Positions 24,843 through 32,000 of a stretch of 32,000 nt of DNA are shown here, piece by piece (position 1 is the stretch's first letter; every line of letters begins with the position of its first letter). Below the pieces are notes generated by a model. That model ran no database searches. It was not told the DNA's origin and saw only the letters and a list, made by a program, of their open reading frames with translations. Made by a program: the position numbers and the translations under genes. Location of the stretch: positions 1-32,000 of the forward strand of contig PRDJ01000035.1 in the NCBI GenBank assembly GCA_003345555.1, given 5' to 3'. This DNA comes from Candidatus Thorarchaeota archaeon. GTDB lineage: Archaea; Asgardarchaeota; Thorarchaeia; Thorarchaeales; Thorarchaeaceae.

Positions 24843-25979
24843 TCAAGTCGCTAAGTCGACAAGTTCGACGATGTCTAGGACCTTGGCCACTTGGCCTTGG
24901 TTTGCATCGCTAAGATTCCTTTTGCAGAATGGGCATGCAGAGACAAGTATGTCCGCATTCACGGCCCGAGCGTGCCCAAGGCGAATCGCCGCCGTGGCTT
25001 GCGCAAGTTCGGGAAACGATGACTTAACCCCGCCGCCCGCACCGCAGCACCAAGCGTTCTTTTCGTTCGGATGCATTTCAACAAATTCGACGGGCAGTAC
25101 CCCAAGCATTTGTCTGGGCTCTTCGTAGACACCCATGTGTCTACCCAAATGGCAAGGGTCGTGGTATGTCACGCGACCAATAGATCCTTGTTGAGTGACT
25201 TTCAGCTTCTTTTCGGTAAGCAGTTCATTTACGAGTTGAACAGAGTGGAGCAGGTCGATATCTAGATCGAAGCCAAGTTTCTTGTAGTCTTTCGAAAGCG
25301 TTCGATAGCAGCCTGCGCACGATGTGATGACTCTCTCTGCACCCGCTTTTTCAAAGGCCTCTAGATTGTGTTCTGCGGCTTGCCGTGCAAAAGCCCTTTG
25401 TCCGGTCCTGAGAAGCGGAGACCCGCAGCAGTATTCATCCACGACCGTGAAGTTGATGCCTGCTTTCTTGAGAACGGAAAGCGTCGCATCACGGACGCTC
25501 GTTTCCTTGTAGTTTGAAGTGCAGCCCAGAAAGAGCACTGTATCTGCCTTGTCGGGAAGATTGAGCTGCTGCACGATCTCACGATTGTGGTGGGTGGCTT
25601 CATACGGATTGTGCTTTCGTGAGATGCTCTCAGCAATAGCACGGTGTGGAGGCAATGGTCCTAGCTTATCAACCACCAGACTTCGCAGTTCTTCAATCAT
25701 CTCAACGATGTGTTCTCGATGTGGGGCCATGCATTGAATCTGACAGGCTCCGCACTCCGTGCAGGCAAAAGTGGGCTTGAGCAACGATTCCTGCCAGTCT
25801 ATCTCACCAGTGGTCAATGCTCTGGCAATCGATATCCTTCCGGATGCAAAGTAGCTCTCAAACCTGTACTGTTCTCCTGATGGACAAGACGGACCGTAGT
25901 CCCGAAAGATGTACTTACAGGTGCCGCACCGGTTACATCGGTGCAACCAATCCGCTATCACTGATTCGTATGGACTCAC
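24843..25979 (-). CDS. Fe-S oxidoreductase, HdrD/GlcF-like (2x[4Fe-4S] plus two CCG domains)
   Basis: True start is GTG 25979, overlapping the upstream stop as GTGA. CNRCGTC...CP, CTECGACQIQC, YCCG...SCAGC and YHDPCHLGR...WCCG...ACPFC. Confidence 0.9.
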   Translation of the reverse strand: MSPYESVIADWLHRCNRCGTCKYIFRDYGPSCPSGEQYRFESYFASGRISIARALTTGEIDWQESLLKPTFACTECGACQIQCMAPHREHIVEMIEELRSLVVDKLGPLPPHRAIAESISRKHNPYEATHHNREIVQQLNLPDKADTVLFLGCTSNYKETSVRDATLSVLKKAGINFTVVDEYCCGSPLLRTGQRAFARQAAEHNLEAFEKAGAERVITSCAGCYRTLSKDYKKLGFDLDIDLLHSVQLVNELLTEKKLKVTQQGSIGRVTYHDPCHLGRHMGVYEEPRQMLGVLPVEFVEMHPNEKNAWCCGAGGGVKSSFPELAQATAAIRLGHARAVNADILVSACPFCKRNLSDANQGQVAKVLDIVELVDLAT

Positions 25980-27409
25980 AGTCCCCACCTCCCAGGGTTC
26001 ATTATCCCATTGGGGTCGAGGGTCTTGCGGATTCTCTTGAGCAGTTCCACGAATCCGGGATCTGCATTCTGCTGTAGCTTCTTCGCGGCCCACACGGGTG
26101 TCTTGTATGGAAGTGCCTTGAGGCTGAGAGCAAAATCGAGGAGCTCTTCGTTGCAGTGCCTCACTTTCTCAACTGTTGCATCGTCTTTTGGGAATCTGAT
26201 GATGAACTTGAATTCGCCAAAATGCATGCTGTTCATGGGCTTCAAGTAGGCCATCAGCTCAAACCCGTACTTCTCAACAATCTTTCTTCCTCCGGACAAT
26301 GCTTCTCCCCAGTGTTTGGGATGGATGTATGTGCCAACCCAAGTCAATCCATCGTATTCTGTGAGCACTTTGAACGCATCAGATGGAAAGTCCACCCATG
26401 ACTTGGCTTGGTCACCCAGCATTCTGGAGATAGCGTCCCAATCAACTAGAAGCTGGCGGCTTTCGTTCTTTCTTGCATCTTCCACGAATGTTTCAATCAG
26501 CTCGTATTTCGCGTCTGCTTCCTTCTCGATATTGCCAGAAAGAGTGAGCAGAGTCCCATAGTCGGGCTCTCCTCCATATACCTGCACGGGGGGTGAGACG
26601 CCGAGCAGCATTTTGACAATCGAAAGGGACATGCAGTCGGCGTCGTCGATAAGCTGCGCTCTAGCTATCCGCTTCAACAGCTCTGTAGTGGGCACCTCTC
26701 CAAATGTGAAGAGGGCCGCGTGTCTTGTGAATTGCTTCTTCGGCCAAAGCTGAACTGCAATCTTTGTGACGAAGCCGCTCATCCCTTGCCACCCACTGAA
26801 GAGACCTACAAGATCTGGAAGAGGATACCTCCCGAACCAATTGCCATCGCCCATGATTGCTGACCCTGCTCGCACAATCTCGCCCGTAGGAAGAATCGCC
26901 TCGAGACCGTTGATGAAGTCCCCCATTGCTCCGCGCATTGTCGAAAGGTCGCAGAGTCCTTGGAGCAGGGCGTTCGCCAGCACGGATGTGTAGGGTGGGG
27001 CCAAGGGATAGGTGTACGTCAGAGACGGGTTGTGCTCGTCAAGATATTTCCGGAGATGGCCGAAGGTCACGCCGGGTTCAACGACGGCATACATGGCTTC
27101 GTCATCAACTTCGACAATCTTGTTCATGCGCTTGAGGTCCACGGTGACTGCATCATCTACTTGAGGGATTGTGAGGCCGCCGATATTCTGCCCTGTCACA
27201 AATGGGACAAGTGGGACCCTGTCCTTGTTCGCAATCCGTACGATCTGCTGCAACTGTTGGACCGATTCGGGCATGACGACCATTGCAGGCCGCTTGGGCG
27301 GGTTTTCAGTCATGTCGAACGAATAGACGTACTTCTCGGCAAGACCATCGGATACGTACTGTTCACCTACTATCGAGATTAGTTTCTGCTTCAGGCTCAC
27401 CGTAGTCAC
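25976..27409 (-). CDS. FAD-binding oxidoreductase, VAO/PCMH (GlcD/D-LDH-like) superfamily
   Basis: PAMVVMPESVQQLQQIV, VDLKRMNKIVEVD, VVEPGVTFG, GLEAILPTGEIVRAG and the terminal LDPNGIMNPG. Confidence 0.9.
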   Translation of the reverse strand: MTTVSLKQKLISIVGEQYVSDGLAEKYVYSFDMTENPPKRPAMVVMPESVQQLQQIVRIANKDRVPLVPFVTGQNIGGLTIPQVDDAVTVDLKRMNKIVEVDDEAMYAVVEPGVTFGHLRKYLDEHNPSLTYTYPLAPPYTSVLANALLQGLCDLSTMRGAMGDFINGLEAILPTGEIVRAGSAIMGDGNWFGRYPLPDLVGLFSGWQGMSGFVTKIAVQLWPKKQFTRHAALFTFGEVPTTELLKRIARAQLIDDADCMSLSIVKMLLGVSPPVQVYGGEPDYGTLLTLSGNIEKEADAKYELIETFVEDARKNESRQLLVDWDAISRMLGDQAKSWVDFPSDAFKVLTEYDGLTWVGTYIHPKHWGEALSGGRKIVEKYGFELMAYLKPMNSMHFGEFKFIIRFPKDDATVEKVRHCNEELLDFALSLKALPYKTPVWAAKKLQQNADPGFVELLKRIRKTLDPNGIMNPGRWGL

Positions 27410-27765
27410 CTCTTGAGAGAAGATGAAATCAACCTGTAGAATCTCAGAGTGGCACGTGGGTGTCTCAGAATCCCTTTGACCTTCAGACCTCCGTTCAAGA
27501 GGGCTCTGATTGGCGAGGTTTTCCCTTTCACGAGTTCGATAATTGTGCTCAGCTTGGCATTCACTCGGAGCGTCGGATGTGGGATGTCCCCGTGCTCCAC
27601 TCTCATTCCTTTGTCAAACCGAATGGTCACTGGGTAATAGTCGGTTTCAAGGACAACGACCATCTTCCATTTGGCGACGATGTCTTTGAAATCAGGTCGT
27701 GCAAGCGGCTTTGATGTAAGTATCGCGAGAATGTTACCGATGAAGTCCTTTGGCTGCTCTAGCAT
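27406..27765 (-). CDS. SCP2 (sterol carrier protein 2-like) lipid-binding domain protein
   Basis: VEHGDIPHPTLRVNA...IIELVKGKTSPIRALLNGGLKVKG matches the SCP2 signature (G-x-x-x-P...A-x-x-x-G-x-L-K-V-x-G). Its stop overlaps the next start as GTGA. Confidence 0.8.
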   Translation of the reverse strand: MLEQPKDFIGNILAILTSKPLARPDFKDIVAKWKMVVVLETDYYPVTIRFDKGMRVEHGDIPHPTLRVNAKLSTIIELVKGKTSPIRALLNGGLKVKGILRHPRATLRFYRLISSSLKR

Positions 27766-27910
27766 GAATTCACTCTCGGTTTCGCTTCTGGTGCTCTCCG
27801 ATTCTGCGTCTCCGTCGCGTATCCCTCTATTGAAGTTGCGGGATGGCTGGTATACTGGTGCAGGCCAGTCCTTGGGCCGGAGTAATCCTCACGTAGAGAA
27901 GCGAGACATT

Positions 27911-30900
27911 CTAGAGCAGGTCTCCCAGCACGGCTTGGACCTTCTCCAGCTCTTCGTAGCTTGAGGGGTCAATGAACAAACATGCCCTGACAACTCTCTC
28001 GTCTCCGGGCATTAGCCAACACCTTGAGTCCATGCCACCACACATTGAGAGCTCACTTGTACACACAGCAAGCGAGCTAGGTTCCGCACCCGCCCAGAGA
28101 ACTCCAAGTCGTTCTGGACTATCAGGGCTGTCACCCCTTGTGAACATCATTGAATTCGTGTCTGGTGTGACCGCCGCTGGTACGAGCAAGTCCCTGAGGT
28201 CCAGGGTATTTCCTCCCCACCGTGTATGCAGGGTTGTGCCTTCATAGACACCATTCCATCCTGGATCCACGAAGAGACTAGGCATGAAAGAGATTGGCGC
28301 ATTGGTCGGATTCCTGATGAGCCAGTTGACCAGAAGGATTGGGCTGCCTGGGGCCGTCAGATACTGGAGCCTAAACTGCACTCCTCGGCACACCAATTGG
28401 AGGTGTCCGGTCCACGATACCTCTACGCCCGTCCATAACCCACCTTCTTGACACGGTTTCGCATCCATCTTTTCCTTGTTAGTTTGGGCCTTGAAGAGGT
28501 CGTCGCTCGTTAGCTCATCCCACACTATGGGCTGAATCCCACCGTAGTAGTTGTCGATGAATTGCTTGGGTGCTGGCGTGGGGAACGCAGAACACAGTAG
28601 TTCAGTAGAACGAGTGTTCTTGAGAGAGAACAAACAGCCGCCGTAATCCGGTGATACAGCAAAACTGAACACACCGTTATTCACTCTGAGAACTCTAAGT
28701 CCCTTCTCAGTCCCTTCCGAGATCTTCACGTCTGATCCTGTTGTGCCGAGCTGGAGTAGCGTGAATTGCCTGGAGAATTCCATGGGTGTCCGCACACGGA
28801 TGAGTCCATGACCGACTGAGAACCCGACGTTCGCTGAATCGGATGGGGTCAATCTCAACTTATATGAATGATTACCTTCTATGACCACTTCCTCCAGGGG
28901 AGTACTGTCGTGCTCCAGTTCTGGCGGGCCTGATTGCTTGACCTCACCGTGCCACCCTTCAGGGGCATCCACTTCTATCCTGCCTACGAGCGGTGCATTT
29001 ACCATGTTTTGAATATCGAATTCCATCAGTGCAGGCTGACGGTAAGGTATGATCAGCGGTTTGTTCTTGATTGCTATCATTGGTATGGTTGGCTGATGTG
29101 CGAGGATTTGCTGTGCGTTTTCATACTCACCCCTTATGTCTGCTCGCCATGTCCTCTGTATCGAGCGCCAATCAGAAGAAGCGGCGATACACCATACCTC
29201 AGACACGCATCGTGTCTCTTTTCCTTCGAGCCTGAAGGGCCTGTACATGATGCGTTGTATCTGTCCTCCTGCGAGTTGGATCGAGTCCACACCATCTGGC
29301 TTCCAGACTTGACCTGATGCGCCGAGGGGACTGACCGTGGCGATCCACTGCTCTGAAAAAGCACTGGGCTCTGATGGGACGGATGGATATCCCATGAACA
29401 AATTGCCCGTTGGTGACTCTACAATCCCTGTGGCTAGCGGGATGAACGTGTGGTCAAAGCTGATTGATATGCCTCCTCCCCTGCCGTTGAGTCTAAGCTG
29501 GAACTCATGGCTCTCTTCACTTGTGTTCGTTACCCATACCTCATGCTTGAGCTGCGACGAAGAGTTGAGTGCAATCCAGCGGTCCTCTATTACGAGTGGT
29601 CTCTCGGGATGGCGCGCATGGGCAGAGACGATGACTCCGGATTCGGTACTGCGGATGTTGACTTCTCTTTCAGAAAAGCGGAACGGGCTTAGTCCGAAAG
29701 GCGGACCTATCTCAGTTGATAGGCTAACCGGATTCATGGCACCAGCGTAGCTACTGTATAGCGAGAGGATTCCCCCTTCCCGTAGAAGCCGCGCAGTGTA
29801 TTGCGGACCAACAATCAGCACCTGTCGTTGACGGTCGTCCTCGCCTGTGGAAATCCTTCCGTCCTGCAGACAGAATAGCGGTATGCGATATCTGCCCGTT
29901 TTGAGTTCTGTCTTTTGCCTGCTTTCGTCTTCATACGAAAGAACCATGTAAGCCCAAAGGTCGTGCGTACCGGGGCTTAGTTCTGCGCCCGTGCGTACCG
30001 TGACAGTAGCTCCTCCCAGACCATCTGGAGCAAGCTCAAGATCGCTTTCCGGAGGCGCAATTGTAATATGAGGACCGGGCTTCTCGAACATGAGCTTGCC
30101 AGTTAGGTTCCTCGAGGAGTTGTTGATCACAGTGATAGGTAAGGTAGTCTTCCCGGATTGTAGTACACGACATTCTCTCCATCTCGTCTGAATCTCGGCG
30201 ACCGGCTTCACTCTCAGCCCCGTACGCAGCGTCGACTCCTGTCCGTTAATCTTCAACTTCGTAACAATCGAAGGCGCCTTGATGTACTGGCGGAATGCAG
30301 GAGCATCCGGTGAAAGGTTGAAGGGAACGGACCATGTGAATGTTTTCTTGGCCTTTACTCGGGCGGTAGTCTGAGGGTTTGAGTCAAAATGCAGACTCTT
30401 GAAGCCGTCCAAAGCAACGCTGAGGTCTATGTCCTTAGTTGTCCCGTTCTCGAACTTGAGTTCGTAGACCGAGGGGATTCCACAAAGGGTGAGATGTTGG
30501 CTCACGAGTGCCTTCACCACAAGGCGGCCTTCGGCCGTCACTCGCTCTATGCCAGTGATAGCTCTAGCCAAACGATCTACAGTGACGTGCAGACTATTCT
30601 TGCCGTTTTCGAAGCCATACGGGTAGATTGCCATTCCATGTTCTGTGTAGTCGTCTGGAGCTTGATTCAGCTCTCTTCGCTGCATGCCGTACCATGCACT
30701 TCGGTCGGGGTTCGTGGTAAAGAAGGGAGTGCACAAGGGGTGTCGGAGAATCTCGGGAATATAGCTCTGCATTTCCACTCCCTGACCCTCCGGGTTCCAC
30801 ATGAGACCCATCTTCTTGTAGAGCGGTACTGCTCTAAGGTTTCCTGCCCAGGTGTTCAGGTCGACTCTGGTATACCCTTTCTGTATGGCGATTTCAAAGC

Positions 30901-31225
30901 ATTTCAGTAGAAGGTGCTTTCCCACTTTCTTGTTCAACGCTTCAGGGCTCACGCCCAGGGTTCCGACATAGGCAGCTTCGGTATCCCTCCAGTGTGAAAG
31001 AAGGGTCACTGACCCGACGGGGCGGTGGGTTGTCTTGTCAATTGCTATGAGAATCGCAAGAGCTCGCATTGACTCGTATTGCTTGACGACTCTTTGAGCT
31101 GTGAACGGCACTCCCTGAGTGAAGCCTCCCAGCCACAGCGGATCCCAGCTGTTATACATTTCCGCTAGCGATTCTGCGTCTTCAGGCCTGTATTCTCGAA
31201 TCTCTGTTGTTAGTTCCTCGGGCAT
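27911..31225 (-). CDS. Large (1104 aa) protein with an N-terminal GNAT acetyltransferase domain and beta-rich C-terminal modules
   Basis: IREYRPEDAESLAEM, AYVGTLGVSPEALNKKVGKHLL and LNTWAGNLRAVPLYKKMG are GNAT motifs in the first ~190 aa. No signal peptide. Confidence 0.85.
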   Translation of the reverse strand: MPEELTTEIREYRPEDAESLAEMYNSWDPLWLGGFTQGVPFTAQRVVKQYESMRALAILIAIDKTTHRPVGSVTLLSHWRDTEAAYVGTLGVSPEALNKKVGKHLLLKCFEIAIQKGYTRVDLNTWAGNLRAVPLYKKMGLMWNPEGQGVEMQSYIPEILRHPLCTPFFTTNPDRSAWYGMQRRELNQAPDDYTEHGMAIYPYGFENGKNSLHVTVDRLARAITGIERVTAEGRLVVKALVSQHLTLCGIPSVYELKFENGTTKDIDLSVALDGFKSLHFDSNPQTTARVKAKKTFTWSVPFNLSPDAPAFRQYIKAPSIVTKLKINGQESTLRTGLRVKPVAEIQTRWRECRVLQSGKTTLPITVINNSSRNLTGKLMFEKPGPHITIAPPESDLELAPDGLGGATVTVRTGAELSPGTHDLWAYMVLSYEDESRQKTELKTGRYRIPLFCLQDGRISTGEDDRQRQVLIVGPQYTARLLREGGILSLYSSYAGAMNPVSLSTEIGPPFGLSPFRFSEREVNIRSTESGVIVSAHARHPERPLVIEDRWIALNSSSQLKHEVWVTNTSEESHEFQLRLNGRGGGISISFDHTFIPLATGIVESPTGNLFMGYPSVPSEPSAFSEQWIATVSPLGASGQVWKPDGVDSIQLAGGQIQRIMYRPFRLEGKETRCVSEVWCIAASSDWRSIQRTWRADIRGEYENAQQILAHQPTIPMIAIKNKPLIIPYRQPALMEFDIQNMVNAPLVGRIEVDAPEGWHGEVKQSGPPELEHDSTPLEEVVIEGNHSYKLRLTPSDSANVGFSVGHGLIRVRTPMEFSRQFTLLQLGTTGSDVKISEGTEKGLRVLRVNNGVFSFAVSPDYGGCLFSLKNTRSTELLCSAFPTPAPKQFIDNYYGGIQPIVWDELTSDDLFKAQTNKEKMDAKPCQEGGLWTGVEVSWTGHLQLVCRGVQFRLQYLTAPGSPILLVNWLIRNPTNAPISFMPSLFVDPGWNGVYEGTTLHTRWGGNTLDLRDLLVPAAVTPDTNSMMFTRGDSPDSPERLGVLWAGAEPSSLAVCTSELSMCGGMDSRCWLMPGDERVVRACLFIDPSSYEELEKVQAVLGDLL

Positions 31226-31373
31226 TTATGAACCCACCTCTGTAGGATTATGATTTCCTGCCAATTGCACTCCCTCATATATGCGATTGGTAAGTTGCAA
31301 TCTGCAATCGCAAGAATGCTGACCATGACATCTGGGCAAAGGTTTTTTCCTTCTCCGACACCATTTCCGGCAA

Positions 31374-32000
31374 ATGACGGGCGAACCATTGACTGCACTG
31401 GTCTTAAGACGGTTCGCAAAGGAAGTCAGTGTCGTTGCTGTCATTGCAGCCGGATTCTATCTTGCTACTGTGTCTGCTTGGGATAGCTACCAAACGAACG
31501 TTGATTATCATGCCGTAGTGTCATTTCTCGCGATTTCGTGTGCGTCCGCCTCACTCTTCCAATCAAGGGAAAACCGCTCGCCTCTGACTGTTCTGTTGCT
31601 TTCGGCCTTTCTCTTCTCGGCCATTGTACACATGATTGGTTCCGCCGAGCATCTAGTTGGCGGCCCTTCTCTTATTCCGACTGAGACCCCCATAGACACT
31701 TGCCTCGAGTTGGTTGAGCTGGGCCTTTTTGGAATCACAATCCTTGCTGCTGTGGGTCTTGAACGCAGAGTCTCGGGAGCCTCCAGACATGCCCTCTACT
31801 CTCTTGCATTCTCGGTCACGTTTCTATCCTCTCTAGTGTTTACTGTGATCTGCTGGTTTGTTTGGTCTGGAGTTTGGCAAGTTCTCGTTGTGAGTTACTT
31901 GGCCGCACCGGTGGCTGTTATTACAATGACGCTATCTGGAGTGGTGCTCTTCAGGCGTGTCCCTTACCCGCATGTCACTGACAGATATCGCTTGTTTTTT
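31374..32000 (+). CDS. Partial multi-TM membrane protein running off the right edge
   Basis: Not in the ORF track. The frame is open from ATG 31374 to the window end (209 codons): MTGEPLTALVLRRFAKEVSVVAVIAAGFYLATVSAW..., with about six hydrophobic helices. Confidence 0.7.
   Translation, partial: MTGEPLTALVLRRFAKEVSVVAVIAAGFYLATVSAWDSYQTNVDYHAVVSFLAISCASASLFQSRENRSPLTVLLLSAFLFSAIVHMIGSAEHLVGGPSLIPTETPIDTCLELVELGLFGITILAAVGLERRVSGASRHALYSLAFSVTFLSSLVFTVICWFVWSGVWQVLVVSYLAAPVAVITMTLSGVVLFRRVPYPHVTDRYRLFF

Noticed and set aside
24843-26093. Track start at 26093 for the Fe-S oxidoreductase (likewise 11278 for dppF)
   Set aside because: The extensions overlap the upstream genes by more than 100 nt and are not protein-like; stop/start overlap or SD evidence supports 25979 and 11392.
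31210-31738. Four short track ORFs near the right end
   Set aside because: They overlap the long hydrophobic plus-strand frame from 31374 or the promoter gap and lack recognisable features.
1-32000. Mobile elements, CRISPR arrays, rRNA/tRNA and the many short antisense or overlapping track ORFs
   Set aside because: No transposase or integrase motifs, terminal repeats, regularly spaced repeats or RNA gene signatures were seen. The short ORFs lie within well-supported genes on other frames or strands.

Overview
Gene-dense archaeal chromosomal window. Evidence for an archaeal source: GGAGG/GGTGA Shine-Dalgarno motifs, AAG(C/A)(C/T)TTAT/TTAA-type BRE-TATA boxes, T-tract terminators and DUF5658-like proteins. 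The gene content suggests an Asgard/Thorarchaeia-like peptide fermenter, which is inference only. I found no mobile element, CRISPR array, tRNA or rRNA. Contents in order: a partial penicillin-acylase-like gene; a membrane-anchored beta-propeller protein; two tandem, diverged, non-canonical (knotted-type, YgeW/AOTCase-like) transcarbamylases; a membrane-protein pair sharing a duplicated domain; a dpp/opp ABC system with a divergent binding protein and unusual insertions; an orphan DppD-type ATPase; an SDR-type threonine dehydrogenase; a lysine-6-dehydrogenase/saccharopine-dehydrogenase-like enzyme; a ~960-nt apparent intergenic region holding a 51-codon ORF with a perfect SD and strand-specific RNA hairpins; an aldehyde:ferredoxin oxidoreductase followed by two ubiquitin-like beta-grasp genes that both extend past their GG motif; an Fe-S protein followed in frame by a ferredoxin that begins at ACG; an SCP2 / FAD-oxidoreductase / HdrD-GlcF-like / MFS operon; an 1104-aa GNAT fusion protein; and a partial membrane protein. 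All family assignments come from motif recognition by eye; no database searches were run.
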